64,000 nt of DNA from Desulfobacterales bacterium (GCA_963674755.2 CAXXVS010000003.1:1888001-1952000); one strand, 5' to 3'; numbered from the stretch's first letter, positions 48,011 through 62,171 are shown. Numbers and translations: made by a program. Notes: generated by a model from the letters alone, not told the origin.

Positions 48011-49648
48011 ATGAGCAGCACAACGATGATGAACATGACCGACTATGACAAGGAATACGCTGCATTCAAATGGGAGGTGCCGGAGTATTTCAATTTCGCC
48101 GGCGACGTGATCGACAAATGGGCTGAGAACCCGGACAAACTGGCCATGCTGTGGGTCGACGACGACGGCCATGAGGTGCGCAAGACCTTTCGCGACCTGA
48201 GCCAGGCCTCCAATCGCCTGGCCAATGTCCTTACCGCGCAGGGGGTCCGGCGGGACGACGTGGTCCTCGTGATCCTGCCGCGCAACATCGAATGGTGGGA
48301 GACCTTCACAGCCTGCATCCGCATGGGGGCGGTGGTGGCGCCGGGCACCACCCAGCTGACGGCCAAGGATATCAAATACCGCGCCAACACGGCCGAGGCC
48401 ACCTGCATCATCACCAATCCCGAGATCGCCGCCCGGTTCGACGAAGTGGCCGGCGAATGCCCCACGGTGAAGAGCCGCATCGTGATTACCGAACCCCGCG
48501 ACAGCTGGCTTTTTTACACAGATGCCGTGACAGCGGCCTCCGGGGACTTCGAGACGGCCAAGACCCGCAGCGGCGACAACTGCATCGTCTACTTCACCTC
48601 CGGCACCACCGGCTTTCCCAAGATGGCGTTGCACACCCACGCCTCCTATCCCATCGGCCACCAGGTGACCGGCAAATACTGGCTGGACCTGCGGGAAGAC
48701 GACATGCACTGGAACGTGAGCGACACCGGCTGGGCCAAGGCCGCCTGGAGCAGCTATTTCGGCCCCTGGAACATGGGCGCGGCCCAGTTCATCCACCATA
48801 CCGACCGCTTCGATCCCAAGAAGACCCTCGAGCTCCTCGGCCAGTACCCCGTCACCACCATGTGCGGGGCCCCCACCATCTACCGCATGCTGGTGCTGCA
48901 GGATCTCGGTCAGTACAAGTTCCCGCACCTGCGCCACTGCGTGGGGGCCGGAGAACCGCTCAACCCGGAGATCATCGAGGTCTGGAAAAAGGCCACCGGC
49001 TGCACCATCCGCGACGGCTACGGCCAGACCGAAACCGTGTGTCTGTGCGGCAGCTTCCCCTGCCTGGAACCCAAATTCGGCTCCATGGGCAAACCCATGC
49101 CGGGCATCGATTTGCAGGTGATCGACGAGACGGGTGCAGTTCTGCCCCCCAACAAGGAAGGCGACATCGCCGTGCGGGTCAAGCCGGAACGCCCGGTGGG
49201 GTTGTTCAAGGAATACTGGAAGGAGCCGGAACGCACGGCCGCAACCTACCGCAATGATTGGTATCTGACCGGGGATCGGGCCTTTGTGGACGAGGACGGC
49301 TATTTCTGGTTCGTGGGCCGGGCGGATGACGTGATTTTGACTTCGGGCTACCGCATCGGTCCCTTCGAGGTGGAAAGCGCGCTCATCGAACACCCGGCCG
49401 TGGCCGAATCGGCCGTGGTCTCCAGCCCGGACGAAACCCGGGGCGAAGTGGTCAAGGCCTTTGTCATCCTGGCGCCGGGCTACACCGGCAGCGACGAACT
49501 GGCCAAGGAGCTGCAGGACTACGTCAAAAAGGTCACGGCGCCCTACAAGTATCCGCGCAAGATCGATTTCGTGATGGAGCTGCCCAAGACCGTGAGCGGC
49601 AAGATCCGCCGCATCGAACTGCGCGACAGGGAATGGGGCAAGGCCTAA
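48011..49648 (+). CDS. Medium-chain acyl-CoA synthetase
   Basis: YFTSGTTGFPK, DTGWAKAAW, YGQTET, GYRIGPFEVES, APYKYPR. Confidence 0.92.
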   Translation: MSSTTMMNMTDYDKEYAAFKWEVPEYFNFAGDVIDKWAENPDKLAMLWVDDDGHEVRKTFRDLSQASNRLANVLTAQGVRRDDVVLVILPRNIEWWETFTACIRMGAVVAPGTTQLTAKDIKYRANTAEATCIITNPEIAARFDEVAGECPTVKSRIVITEPRDSWLFYTDAVTAASGDFETAKTRSGDNCIVYFTSGTTGFPKMALHTHASYPIGHQVTGKYWLDLREDDMHWNVSDTGWAKAAWSSYFGPWNMGAAQFIHHTDRFDPKKTLELLGQYPVTTMCGAPTIYRMLVLQDLGQYKFPHLRHCVGAGEPLNPEIIEVWKKATGCTIRDGYGQTETVCLCGSFPCLEPKFGSMGKPMPGIDLQVIDETGAVLPPNKEGDIAVRVKPERPVGLFKEYWKEPERTAATYRNDWYLTGDRAFVDEDGYFWFVGRADDVILTSGYRIGPFEVESALIEHPAVAESAVVSSPDETRGEVVKAFVILAPGYTGSDELAKELQDYVKKVTAPYKYPRKIDFVMELPKTVSGKIRRIELRDREWGKA

Positions 49649-49922
49649 GGCCCGGTCTCTTCTCTTTGTCTGTCAATGCGGCCGCTGCCGGTGAGGGCGA
49701 CACCGGGCCGGCGGCGGCCGCTCCTCCCCCCTCCCTCCCTACCCCCGGTCATCGGCAAGTCGATGGCGGTCATCCCAAAACAGCGGAGGCGTTTTCAGCC
49801 CATCATCCTTTCCCCAGATCTGACGAGAATTCCGCGCTTTCTTTAGGGACCGGTTGCCGACCGCCGTGTCGAATTCTGCCATTGCTTCCACGCCGTCTTC
49901 GGGGCAGCCGCTAAAAATGCAC

Positions 49923-49975
49923 TTGACAAGCCATCCTGATCCTCGGTAGAAGGGAGCAGCCTACCGTCCGGTAGG
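49923..49975 (+). promoter_or_regulatory. Promoter and palindromic operator of the second tetR operon
   Basis: TTGACA at 49923, TAGAAG at 49947; palindrome CCTACCG-TC-CGGTAGG at 49960-49975. Confidence 0.6.
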
Positions 49976-49997
49976 TAGGGAGTGGCGTTCATCCCCC

Positions 49998-50609
49998 ATG
50001 AGGTCTGCAATGCCCCACATGAAAGACACCATCACCGATGCGGCCGTCGATCTGTTCTACCAGAAGGGCTATTTCGCCACCAGCGTGAGCGAGATCGCCC
50101 GCCAGTGCGGCATTCAGAAAGCCAGCCTCTACTACCACTACCCGAGCAAGGAAAACATCCTCTTCCAGATTCAAAAGGTCACCATGGATGAGCTCACGGA
50201 CTACCTGCGCAGCAACCTGGACGGTCTCACCGATGTGGAAACGCGTATGCGGGCCGCGGTGCACAGCCACGTGCGCTTCCACCTCAACCGGCAGAAGGAA
50301 ACCTTCATCGCCAACAGCGAGTTGCGCGGCCTGACCCCGGACCATTACCGGGAGATCGTCAGCCGGCGCGATGCCTACGAGCAGATCTTTCAGAATATCA
50401 TCCGGGAGGGCTGTGAGGCCGGCGTTTTTGCGCCGGTCGACGTGAAAATTCTCTCCTATGCCATATTGACCCTGTGCAATGCGGGGGCGATCTGGTTCAA
50501 GCCGAAAGGCCGCATGCCGGTGGATGCCATCGCCGCCATTTACGAAGCTTTCGTCCTGCAGGGACTCAAAACCGGGCGTCCGGGGCTGGCGCCGATGCCT
50601 GCCGGATAA
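49998..50609 (+). CDS. TetR family regulator
   Basis: AAVDLFYQKGY.ATSVSEIA...GIQKASLYYHYPSKE. Confidence 0.92.
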   Translation: MRSAMPHMKDTITDAAVDLFYQKGYFATSVSEIARQCGIQKASLYYHYPSKENILFQIQKVTMDELTDYLRSNLDGLTDVETRMRAAVHSHVRFHLNRQKETFIANSELRGLTPDHYREIVSRRDAYEQIFQNIIREGCEAGVFAPVDVKILSYAILTLCNAGAIWFKPKGRMPVDAIAAIYEAFVLQGLKTGRPGLAPMPAG

Positions 50610-50662
50610 AGGGGTTTACGGCCAAGGGAAAAAAACAACGTTGGTGAAATGCAAAGGAGGTC

Positions 50663-51814
50663 GTGGTGGACTTCGATCTGACCCGAGAGCAGGAAATGAT
50701 CCGCAAAGAGGTGCGCCTGTTTGCCGAAAAGGAGATTGCACCGATTGCCCTGGAGCTGGATGAAACCGAGACGTTTTCGCCCGAGCTGACCCGCAAGATG
50801 GGCGAGATCGGGTTGTTCGGCATGTTCGTGCCCGAAGTTTACGAGGGGCAGCAGATGGACTATCTGGCCTATATCATCGCCGTGGAGGAGATCGCCCGGG
50901 TGGACGGCTCCCAGGCCGCCACCATCGCGGCCGGCAACTCCCTGGGCATCGGGCCCATCTACTATTTCGGCTCCGAAGAGCAGAAGCGCAAATACCTCCC
51001 CCCCCTGTGCCGGGGCGAAGGCCTGTGGGGCTTCGGGCTGACCGAGCCCACGGCAGGCAGCGATGCCGGCGGCAGCAAGACCACAGCCGTGCGGGACGGC
51101 GACAGCTGGGTCCTCAACGGGTCCAAAATTTTCATCACCAATGCGGCCAGCCCCATCTCCATGGGGGTCACCGTGCAGGCCATCACCGGGACCCGCGCCA
51201 ACGGACGGCCCGAATACACCTGCTTCCTGGTGGAGCACGGCACCCCGGGGTTCAAGGCGGTGGAGATGCACCGCAAGATGATGTGGCGCGCTTCCAACAC
51301 GGCCGAACTTTATTTCGACGACGTGCGTGTGCCCGCGGCCAATGTGCTGGGCAATATCGGCGACGGATTCCATCAGATGCTCCAGACCCTGGACGGCGGG
51401 CGCCTCTCCATCGGGGCCATGGGGCTGGGCGGCGCCCAGGGGGCCTATGACGCGGCCCTCAAATACGCCACCCAGCGGGAGCAGTTCGGCCAGCCGATCT
51501 CGAAGTTCCAGGCCGTGGCCTTTAAACTGGCCGACTGCGCCATGGAAATCGAGTGCGGCCGCAACCTGCTTTACAAGGCCTGCTGGCTGCGGGACCGGAA
51601 GCGTGACTTTGGCAAGGAGGCCGCCATGGCCAAGCTCTACTGCTCGGAGCTGATGGGGCGGGTGACCAACCACGCCGTCCAGATCCACGGGGGCTACGGC
51701 CTGATGAAAGAGTACAACGTGGAGCGTTTTTACCGCGACCAGAAACTGCTCGACATCGGGGAAGGGACGTCCGAGGTGCAGCGGATCGTTATCTCACGGT
51801 TTCTGGGGTGCTAA
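50663..51814 (+). CDS. Acyl-CoA dehydrogenase (isovaleryl-CoA dehydrogenase-like by context)
   Basis: FGLTEPTAGSD, GGRLSIGA, QIHGGYG, IGEGTSEVQR. Confidence 0.9.
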   Translation: MVDFDLTREQEMIRKEVRLFAEKEIAPIALELDETETFSPELTRKMGEIGLFGMFVPEVYEGQQMDYLAYIIAVEEIARVDGSQAATIAAGNSLGIGPIYYFGSEEQKRKYLPPLCRGEGLWGFGLTEPTAGSDAGGSKTTAVRDGDSWVLNGSKIFITNAASPISMGVTVQAITGTRANGRPEYTCFLVEHGTPGFKAVEMHRKMMWRASNTAELYFDDVRVPAANVLGNIGDGFHQMLQTLDGGRLSIGAMGLGGAQGAYDAALKYATQREQFGQPISKFQAVAFKLADCAMEIECGRNLLYKACWLRDRKRDFGKEAAMAKLYCSELMGRVTNHAVQIHGGYGLMKEYNVERFYRDQKLLDIGEGTSEVQRIVISRFLGC

Positions 51815-51817
51815 CCC

Positions 51818-52014
51818 GTGTCCACCCCTAAACGGCATCTTTTGGCCCCTGGCGGCGTTCTCGCCTCCTGTCGGTCCTCGGCGTAGCCGGGCTACGCCTG
51901 TGGGCGCCCGTCGGCTGCGATTTGTTGAACACCGATGTGTTTAAGACTCAGACGTGAAATCCCGCGCTGTGCGGCGGGACCAGGAACCAAAATCTACCAT
52001 TTAGGGATGGACAC
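51818..52014. repeat. Palindromic intergenic repeat, subfamily A, with ~60-bp insert
   Basis: Ends GTGTCCA.CCCTAAA/TTTAGGGATGGACAC; GGCATCTTTTGGCCCC...CGTAGC-CGG-GCTACG...GAACCAAAATCTACC. Confidence 0.8.
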
Positions 52015-52134
52015 TGATTTCTTATCGATGAGCACTAAATAGTGCGTTTGACAGGGGTACGGGGGACCGTATTCGGCCAACCATTTTTAACCGATTCCAT
52101 TCGAACCACCGCAACTGATGAGGAGGAGAGCTCG

Positions 52135-53814
<1,680 letters not shown>

Positions 53815-53907
53815 TGACCGCTTAACCGTTTCAAAGGGCCGGCGCTCTTAACGCCGGCCCTCCAAGAAATCGCCCCCCACTTGGGGGCGATGCCAAAGGA
53901 GATGGCG

Positions 53908-54690
53908 ATGGAAGAAAAAGCCCTTCGCATTGAGGAAAAGGATGCGGTGGCCGTCTTGACCCTCAATCGGCCCGAGACCATGAATGCCTTCAATTTTGCA
54001 CTTCTTCTGGAACTGAAGGCGGCGGTGGAGGAACTGCGGTTTCGGCCGGAGATCCGGGTGGTGATCATTACCGGGGCGGGGCCCAAGGCCTTTTGCGCCG
54101 GCGCCGACTTGAAAGAGCGGGCCACTCTGGCGCCGTTGGACGTTAAGCGCTTCATCTATACGATCCGCAATCTTTTTACCGCCATTGAGGACCTCAACAA
54201 GCCGGTCATTGCCGCCATCAACGGCGTGGCCCTGGGGGGCGGCACCGAGCTGGCCCTGGCCTGCGACATCCGTCTGGCCGCGGAAACCGCCAGCATGGGG
54301 TTGACCGAAACCCGCCTGGCCATCATTCCCGGGGCGGGGGGCACCCAGCGCCTGCCGCGCCTGATCGGCCGCGGCAAAGCCAAGGAGCTCATCTTCACGG
54401 GCCAACGGGTACCGGCCGCCGAGGCCCTGGCCATGGGGCTGGTCAACCAGGTCTGCCCACCCGACAACCTGCTGGACGCTTGCCACGCCATGGCGGCCCA
54501 GATTTGCGAAACCGGCCCCATTGCCATCGAGCAGGCCAAATACGCCATCAATCACGGGCTGGAAACCGATCTTCACACCGGGCTGGCCATCGAGTCCAAT
54601 GCCTATTGGGTGACCATTCCCACCCAGGACCGGCTGGAGGGGCTGGCCGCGTTCCGTGAAAAACGAAAACCCGTCTACAAGGGGGAGTAG
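53908..54690 (+). CDS. Enoyl-CoA hydratase (methylglutaconyl-CoA hydratase-like)
   Basis: AFCAGADLKER, ALGGGTELALACD, PGAGGTQRLPRLIG. Confidence 0.9.
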   Translation: MEEKALRIEEKDAVAVLTLNRPETMNAFNFALLLELKAAVEELRFRPEIRVVIITGAGPKAFCAGADLKERATLAPLDVKRFIYTIRNLFTAIEDLNKPVIAAINGVALGGGTELALACDIRLAAETASMGLTETRLAIIPGAGGTQRLPRLIGRGKAKELIFTGQRVPAAEALAMGLVNQVCPPDNLLDACHAMAAQICETGPIAIEQAKYAINHGLETDLHTGLAIESNAYWVTIPTQDRLEGLAAFREKRKPVYKGE

Positions 54691-54695
54691 CCATC

Positions 54696-56309
54696 ATGAC
54701 CGCAACGGCCACGACGCCGACCGTCGACAACCGTACCTTCTGGTTGAATGAAGAGCAGAAGCTGGATCAGCAGGCCCAGGCCGCCATCTACCCCGGCGGA
54801 CAGAAGGCCATCGACCGCCTGGTCAAGCAGGGCAAACGGCCGGTCCGGGAACTTATCGGGCAGTTGATCGACCCCGGCACGGAATTTTTCGAGCTGAGCC
54901 GCATCGCCGGTTTCGGCATGGGCTATCCCGGGGTGGAAGACGTGCCCTGCGGCGGCGTCGTCACCGGGATCGGCAAGATTTACAACAACTGGACCATGAT
55001 TGTCGCCAACGACAGCCGGGTCAAGGCGGGCACCTATTTCCCTATCACGCTCAAAAAGCACATGCGGGCCCAGGCCATCGCCGAGCGCTGCGGGCTGAAC
55101 TGCGTCTACATCGCCGACAGCGGGGGCGCTTTTTTACCCATGCAGGCCGATGTCTTTCCCGACGACCAGCATTTCGGTTCCATGTTCTACAACATGGCCC
55201 GCATGTCGGCCATGGGACTCAAACAGATCACCCTCAGCACCGGAGGCAACACGGCCGGCGGGGCCTACATCGTCTTCATGGCCTGCCAGTCGGTCATGAT
55301 CGACCAGAAGGCCTATTCCTTCCTGGGCGGTCCGCCGCTGGTGAAGATGGCCACCGGCGAGGTGATTTCGGCCGAGGACCTGGGGGGCGCCCGGGTTCAC
55401 ACCCAGGTTTCCGGCGGGGCGGACCATTTCTGCACCTCCCAGGAGGAAGCCATTGCCCGGGTGCGCGAGATCCTGTGCCTGGAAAAACCCCAGCAGGTCA
55501 GGATTCAGCGTTTCGAAGAGCGTCCGCCTGCCGTCCCGCTGGAGACCCTCTACGATGGCATGCCGGCGGTCATCCACAAGGGGATCGACGTGCGCAACGT
55601 GCTCCAGTGCCTGGCGGACGACAGCATGTTTTCCGAGTACAAACGGGACTACGCCCCGGGGCGCGGCGACAACATCGTGGCCGGCAAGCTGCGCATCAAG
55701 GGCCTGCCGGTGGGGGTGATCGCCTCCAACGGGGTGGGCATCATTTTCGTGGAGGCCGCCCGCAAGGCCACCGAGTGGATCGTGCGCTGCAGTCAGGAGA
55801 AGATCCCCCTGCTCTTCATCCAGAGTTCGCCGGGCTACATGGTGGGCTCCGAATCGGAGCACATGGGCATCGGCAAATACGGGGCCGACATGGTGCGGGC
55901 CGTTTCCTGCGCCCAGGTACCGCGCATCCAACTGGTGATCGGGCCGGACAACGGGGCCGCCAACTACGGCATGTGCGGAAGGGCCTATCGGCCGCACTTT
56001 CTCTTTCATACCATGCGCTCGCGCACCTCGGTCATGAGCGGGCGCAGCGCCGCCGGCGTGCTGCTTTCCATTGAAGAACGCAAGCGCGAAGCCAAGGGCA
56101 ATCCCATGAGCGAGGAAGAAAAGCAGGCTTTTCGCGACAAGATGATCGAAAAGTACGACGGCGAGGCCCATCCGTTTTACTGCGGTGCCCGCCTGCTGAG
56201 CGACCGGGTGCTCAAGTTTGCCGAAATCCGCGACTGGCTGGCCATGGCCTTCGAGGTCAGCACCCTGCGGGAGATCGGCGAGCCGGCTTTCGGGAATTTC
56301 CGTTTTTAG
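54696..56309 (+). CDS. Acyl-CoA carboxylase carboxyltransferase subunit (methylcrotonyl-CoA carboxylase beta-like)
   Basis: AND..VKAGTYFPIT.KKH.RAQ, DSGGAFLP.Q, AGGAY, GAANYGMCGRAY. Confidence 0.88.
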   Translation: MTATATTPTVDNRTFWLNEEQKLDQQAQAAIYPGGQKAIDRLVKQGKRPVRELIGQLIDPGTEFFELSRIAGFGMGYPGVEDVPCGGVVTGIGKIYNNWTMIVANDSRVKAGTYFPITLKKHMRAQAIAERCGLNCVYIADSGGAFLPMQADVFPDDQHFGSMFYNMARMSAMGLKQITLSTGGNTAGGAYIVFMACQSVMIDQKAYSFLGGPPLVKMATGEVISAEDLGGARVHTQVSGGADHFCTSQEEAIARVREILCLEKPQQVRIQRFEERPPAVPLETLYDGMPAVIHKGIDVRNVLQCLADDSMFSEYKRDYAPGRGDNIVAGKLRIKGLPVGVIASNGVGIIFVEAARKATEWIVRCSQEKIPLLFIQSSPGYMVGSESEHMGIGKYGADMVRAVSCAQVPRIQLVIGPDNGAANYGMCGRAYRPHFLFHTMRSRTSVMSGRSAAGVLLSIEERKREAKGNPMSEEEKQAFRDKMIEKYDGEAHPFYCGARLLSDRVLKFAEIRDWLAMAFEVSTLREIGEPAFGNFRF

Positions 56310-56357
56310 CAGGCCCATCGAATCGAAATGGTAAAGCCATTGAAGGAGGATGACCCC

Positions 56358-57533
56358 ATGACCGAATATGACTACTGGAAAATTTTCCCCCGCATGCCGC
56401 GCAAGGTGACCCTCGGCGACATTACGGTGCGGGACGGTTTTCAGCACCTGGAGAAATTCATTTCCACGCGGGCCAAGATCTTTTACGCCGAGGAGATGAT
56501 TTTTGCCGGCTGCCGCAACATCGAAGTCACCAATCTGGGCAACCCTTATCTCATGCCCCAGTTCAGCGATGCCGAAGATCTGCTGGGCTACCTGCGCGGG
56601 GACCGCTTCCGCAGCAAGTGCGCCAAGCGCGGCATCAATTATGACGACATCACCATCACGGCCGTCACCATCCGGGAGAAGTCGGTGGACCGGGCCATCC
56701 AGCTGCGGGAGCAGGGGATCGGTCCCGACCGCTGCCTGATGATGGTCTCCACCGAGGAGGAGCACCACTTCGCCAATTCGGGCACCTCGCTGCCCGACTA
56801 TTGGAAAGAGTGCGAACGCGCCATCCGCAAATGCCGGGATGCCGGTATGAAGATGTGCGGCACGGTGAGCACCATCTGGGGCAGTCCCATCGCCGGGGCC
56901 ACCGAGCTGAAGGATGCCGTGGAGTTCACCAAGCGCTTCCTTGAGATCGGCGCTTCGGACATCGAGCACGCCGACCACGACGGCAGTGCCTCGGCGCCGG
57001 AGGTCTACCGCTATTTTTCCATGATCCTGGATGAAATCCCGGACACCAGCGTCCACATCGCCCATTTTCACGAAACCAAGCGGGTGGCCTCGGCCTCGGT
57101 TCTGGCGGCCCTGCAGGCCGGGATTACTCATTTCGAGGCGGTTTTGGGAGGCATGGGCGGCCAGCCCGCCAATTTCCTGGACGATTGCCCGGTGCCGGGC
57201 ACCGGCGATTATTATTACGAGGACCCCCGCTACGTAGGACTTGTCTGCCTGGAGGATACCCTGGTACAAATCGACGAAATGGGTATCGCACACGGCTATG
57301 ACGTGGACCGCGTGCTCTGGCTGGGCCGCCAGATGGAGCGCACCGTGGGCCACCGGCTGCGCAGCGAAGCGGCCATCAACGGCCGGACCCTCAAGGGGGG
57401 GCATCCCAGGTTCGCCCGGCCCGGCCTAGCCAAGGTCAAGACCCGCCTCGGCGAAGCGCCGGATCAGAATCTGCCCGCGGACTGGGGGCCCAAGGCGGTG
57501 CTCCCCGAGCATTTGCGCCCCAAGGTTAAGTAG
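56358..57533 (+). CDS. HMG-CoA lyase-like protein (DRE-TIM fold)
   Basis: DITVRDGFQ, HFHET, LGGMGGQP; AAGGAGG RBS; leucine/isovalerate-type cluster context. Confidence 0.8.
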   Translation: MTEYDYWKIFPRMPRKVTLGDITVRDGFQHLEKFISTRAKIFYAEEMIFAGCRNIEVTNLGNPYLMPQFSDAEDLLGYLRGDRFRSKCAKRGINYDDITITAVTIREKSVDRAIQLREQGIGPDRCLMMVSTEEEHHFANSGTSLPDYWKECERAIRKCRDAGMKMCGTVSTIWGSPIAGATELKDAVEFTKRFLEIGASDIEHADHDGSASAPEVYRYFSMILDEIPDTSVHIAHFHETKRVASASVLAALQAGITHFEAVLGGMGGQPANFLDDCPVPGTGDYYYEDPRYVGLVCLEDTLVQIDEMGIAHGYDVDRVLWLGRQMERTVGHRLRSEAAINGRTLKGGHPRFARPGLAKVKTRLGEAPDQNLPADWGPKAVLPEHLRPKVK

Positions 57534-57676
57534 TGCCCATCCGGAGGTGGCATCTTTTGGCTCCGGCCGGCGTTCTCGCTCTTTGGAAATCCTCGCCGTA
57601 GCCCAGCTACGCCTGCGGTTTCCAAATCACTGCGGCCTTGGCCGAAACCAAAATCTACCACCGCTGGATCGACACT
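57532..57676. repeat. Palindromic intergenic repeat, subfamily A
   Basis: Ends AGTGCCCATCC/GGATCGACACT; GGCATCTTTTGGC...CGTAGC-CCA-GCTACG...GCGGCCTTGGCCGAAACCAAAATCTACC. Confidence 0.82.
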
Positions 57677-57723
57677 CTGTTCGAACCGAAACACGGTGGA
57701 CGACCACCATCGAGGAGTGATCC

Positions 57724-58362
57724 ATGAAAAGCAAAGAGGACAAACCGCACATCAACGTGGACTATTTCGAGGATTTGACGGGCAAGATCGACGCCCCCGA
57801 AACCGAAGGGATGGAAGAGATCGGCAGCCGGGTGCGCAAGCTGCGGGAATCCAAGGGCCTGTCCCTGGCGGAGCTTTCCAACCTGACCGGGTTCGATGAG
57901 GCCCTGCTGGACAAGATCGAGCAGCAGGAAGTCTACCCCCAGCTGGGGACGGCCATCCGCCTGTCCAAGGCCCTGGACAGCGCTTTCGGCCGGCTGGTCT
58001 CCGGGGTGGGCGACCGGCTTTACTCCATTACCCGCCGCCAGGAGGAGCGGGTCGTGGCACGCTCCACCGGCCGGGCCGGCACCCAGAAGCTCTATACCTA
58101 CAAGAGCCTGGCCCCGGAAGTGAAGGGCCGCCATATGGAGGCCCTTCTGGTGCAGTTGGAGGAAAATCCCAGCGGCGAGCTGTCCGTGCATGACGGAGAA
58201 GAGTTCATCTACGTACTGGAAGGCACGGTGGCGATGCAGGTGGGCGAGGACCGCTTCGATCTCGCCCCGGGCGACAGCGTCTACTACCTGTCGACCACCC
58301 CGCATCTGATTGCCGCCAAATCCGGGCAGGCCCGAATCCTGGCGGTGCTTTACGGGCATTGA
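57724..58362 (+). CDS. XRE-HTH/cupin transcriptional regulator
   Basis: IGSRVRKLRESKGLSLAELS HTH; HDGEEFIYVLEG cupin motif. Confidence 0.9.
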   Translation: MKSKEDKPHINVDYFEDLTGKIDAPETEGMEEIGSRVRKLRESKGLSLAELSNLTGFDEALLDKIEQQEVYPQLGTAIRLSKALDSAFGRLVSGVGDRLYSITRRQEERVVARSTGRAGTQKLYTYKSLAPEVKGRHMEALLVQLEENPSGELSVHDGEEFIYVLEGTVAMQVGEDRFDLAPGDSVYYLSTTPHLIAAKSGQARILAVLYGH

Positions 58363-58460
58363 TGGATCGCGGCCGTCTTCCCGGACGCTTTCGATGACCG
58401 GAGTGTCCGGGAGATGCACCGCAGGCCGGGCCTGTGCCCGAACGAGGAAGGGAGCGTGTC

Positions 58461-60416
<1,956 letters not shown>

Positions 60417-60458
60417 GAATTTTTTGAACCTATAAACGGCATCGGGAAGGGAGCCTCT

Positions 60459-61211
60459 ATGACATCGCAATCTGTAACCGGCATCGACGATCTGGCTCAT
60501 AAGGACAAAGCGCGCCTCGTGATGGACTACCTCCACCGCACGATGATGCACTCTGCCATGTGGTACGGAGAGGTGCGCCATCAGCTGCCGGCCGACTTGG
60601 CCTACGCGGTTTTGGCGGAGGCCTCCCAGCGCAGCATCGGCATCCAGCTCAAGCGCCTGGGGAAAGTCCTGGGATTCGACCTGGAAGACGGTCTGCCCAA
60701 ACCCCTTCTGGACCTGGCGCCCGAGGACATGGAAGGCCTGCTGGACAGCGTGGCCTTCAATTGGCTGGCCAACGACGGAGTCTGGTTCCAGGCCGTGGAA
60801 TTTACGCACGGCATGAACGATGCCAAGCGCTGCAACGATTCCTGCTGGGCCCAGTTCTCGCCTTTCGAGGCCTGGTCCATTCGGCGTTTTCTGGGATCCG
60901 ACCTGAAACCGGGACTGGAAGGCCTTAAACAGGCGCTCAATTTCAGAGTCTACGGGCGCATCAACCGTCAGTCCTTTGAGGACGACGGCCCCCGGGCCTT
61001 CATCTTCCGGATGGACGAATGCCGGGTTCAGGCCGCCCGCAAACGCAAGGATCTGGATGACTATCCCTGCAAATCGGGAGGGCTTGTGGAGTATACTTAT
61101 TTTGCGCGGGCCTTCGACGCCCGCATTCAAACGGAATGTATCGGGTGCCCGCCCGATCCCCATCCGGAGAACTGGTACTGTGCCTGGCGCTTTTCCCTGC
61201 CGGAGGATTGA
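60459..61211 (+). CDS. DUF6125-like protein with conserved Cys cluster
   Basis: NWLANDGVWFQAVE, CRVQ.AR.RK....PCK, CIGCPPD......CAW. Confidence 0.7.
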   Translation: MTSQSVTGIDDLAHKDKARLVMDYLHRTMMHSAMWYGEVRHQLPADLAYAVLAEASQRSIGIQLKRLGKVLGFDLEDGLPKPLLDLAPEDMEGLLDSVAFNWLANDGVWFQAVEFTHGMNDAKRCNDSCWAQFSPFEAWSIRRFLGSDLKPGLEGLKQALNFRVYGRINRQSFEDDGPRAFIFRMDECRVQAARKRKDLDDYPCKSGGLVEYTYFARAFDARIQTECIGCPPDPHPENWYCAWRFSLPED

Positions 61212-61282
61212 CGCCTCTTCGGTTGGAAAACGCATGACACTAAAGCGGCCGGTCGGCCGCTTTCTCTTTGTAAAGGAGTAGG

Positions 61283-62134
61283 ATGACCATGACGCTGCGC
61301 AAGATCACCTCTTTGACCGCCCTGCTGGCCTTTGTCGGCATGGTGGTGACAAGCCTCGTACTCTACATCGTTCCCCAAGGCCGGGTGGCCTATTGGTCGG
61401 ACTGGACCCTGCTGGGGCTGGACAAGACCCGCTGGGGCGATCTCCATATCAATATGGGGCTGCTCTTCCTGCTGTCCTTGAGCCTGCACATTTATTACAA
61501 CTGGAAGGCCATTGTGACCTATCTCAGGAACAAGGCCCGTCAGGTGCGTATTTTTACACCGGACTTCAGCGTGGCCCTCGTCCTGACCCTGGCCATCCTG
61601 GTGGGCACCCTGCTGGCGGTGCCGCCTTTCAACTGGCCGCTTCTGCTCAATACCCATTTCAAGGATGCCGCGGCGGCCAAGTACGGTGAGCCGCCATACG
61701 GGCATGCCGAATTGTCCCCCCTGCGCCAGCTGGCCCGCCGAACCGATCTGGACCTCCCGGCGGCGCTCGCCGCCCTCAAGGCCGCCGGCATCCGTTTCGA
61801 CAGCGAGCAGGCCACCGTGCAGGACATTGCGCGCCAGAACAATCGTTCCCCCCAGGACATCTTTCAGATGATGCAGAAGGCCGCTGCGCCTGCCCCGGCG
61901 CAAGGCCTCCCGATCAATCCGCCCCCGGGAACCGGCAACAAGACCCTGGCCGGCCTGTGTGAAAGCTATGGCCTGCCAGCCGCCGAACTAATCCAGGCGC
62001 TTCAGGGCGGTGGGATCGAGGCCCAGCCGGAATTGACGATCAAGGCCATCGGCGCTAATAATGGGCTCAGTCCGATGGCCGTCTACGATGCCATCCGGGA
62101 AGCCGCGGCGGCCTTGGGTGCCAGAACCCCCTGA
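61283..62134 (+). CDS. DUF4405-like membrane protein
   Basis: RKITSL...TS.VLYIVPQGRVAYW...W.DLH......HIYYNWK, three TM segments with conserved His. Confidence 0.75.
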   Translation: MTMTLRKITSLTALLAFVGMVVTSLVLYIVPQGRVAYWSDWTLLGLDKTRWGDLHINMGLLFLLSLSLHIYYNWKAIVTYLRNKARQVRIFTPDFSVALVLTLAILVGTLLAVPPFNWPLLLNTHFKDAAAAKYGEPPYGHAELSPLRQLARRTDLDLPAALAALKAAGIRFDSEQATVQDIARQNNRSPQDIFQMMQKAAAPAPAQGLPINPPPGTGNKTLAGLCESYGLPAAELIQALQGGGIEAQPELTIKAIGANNGLSPMAVYDAIREAAAALGARTP

Positions 62135-62171
62135 CCGCCATTACGATGCATCTCAGCGATTGGAAGACCGT

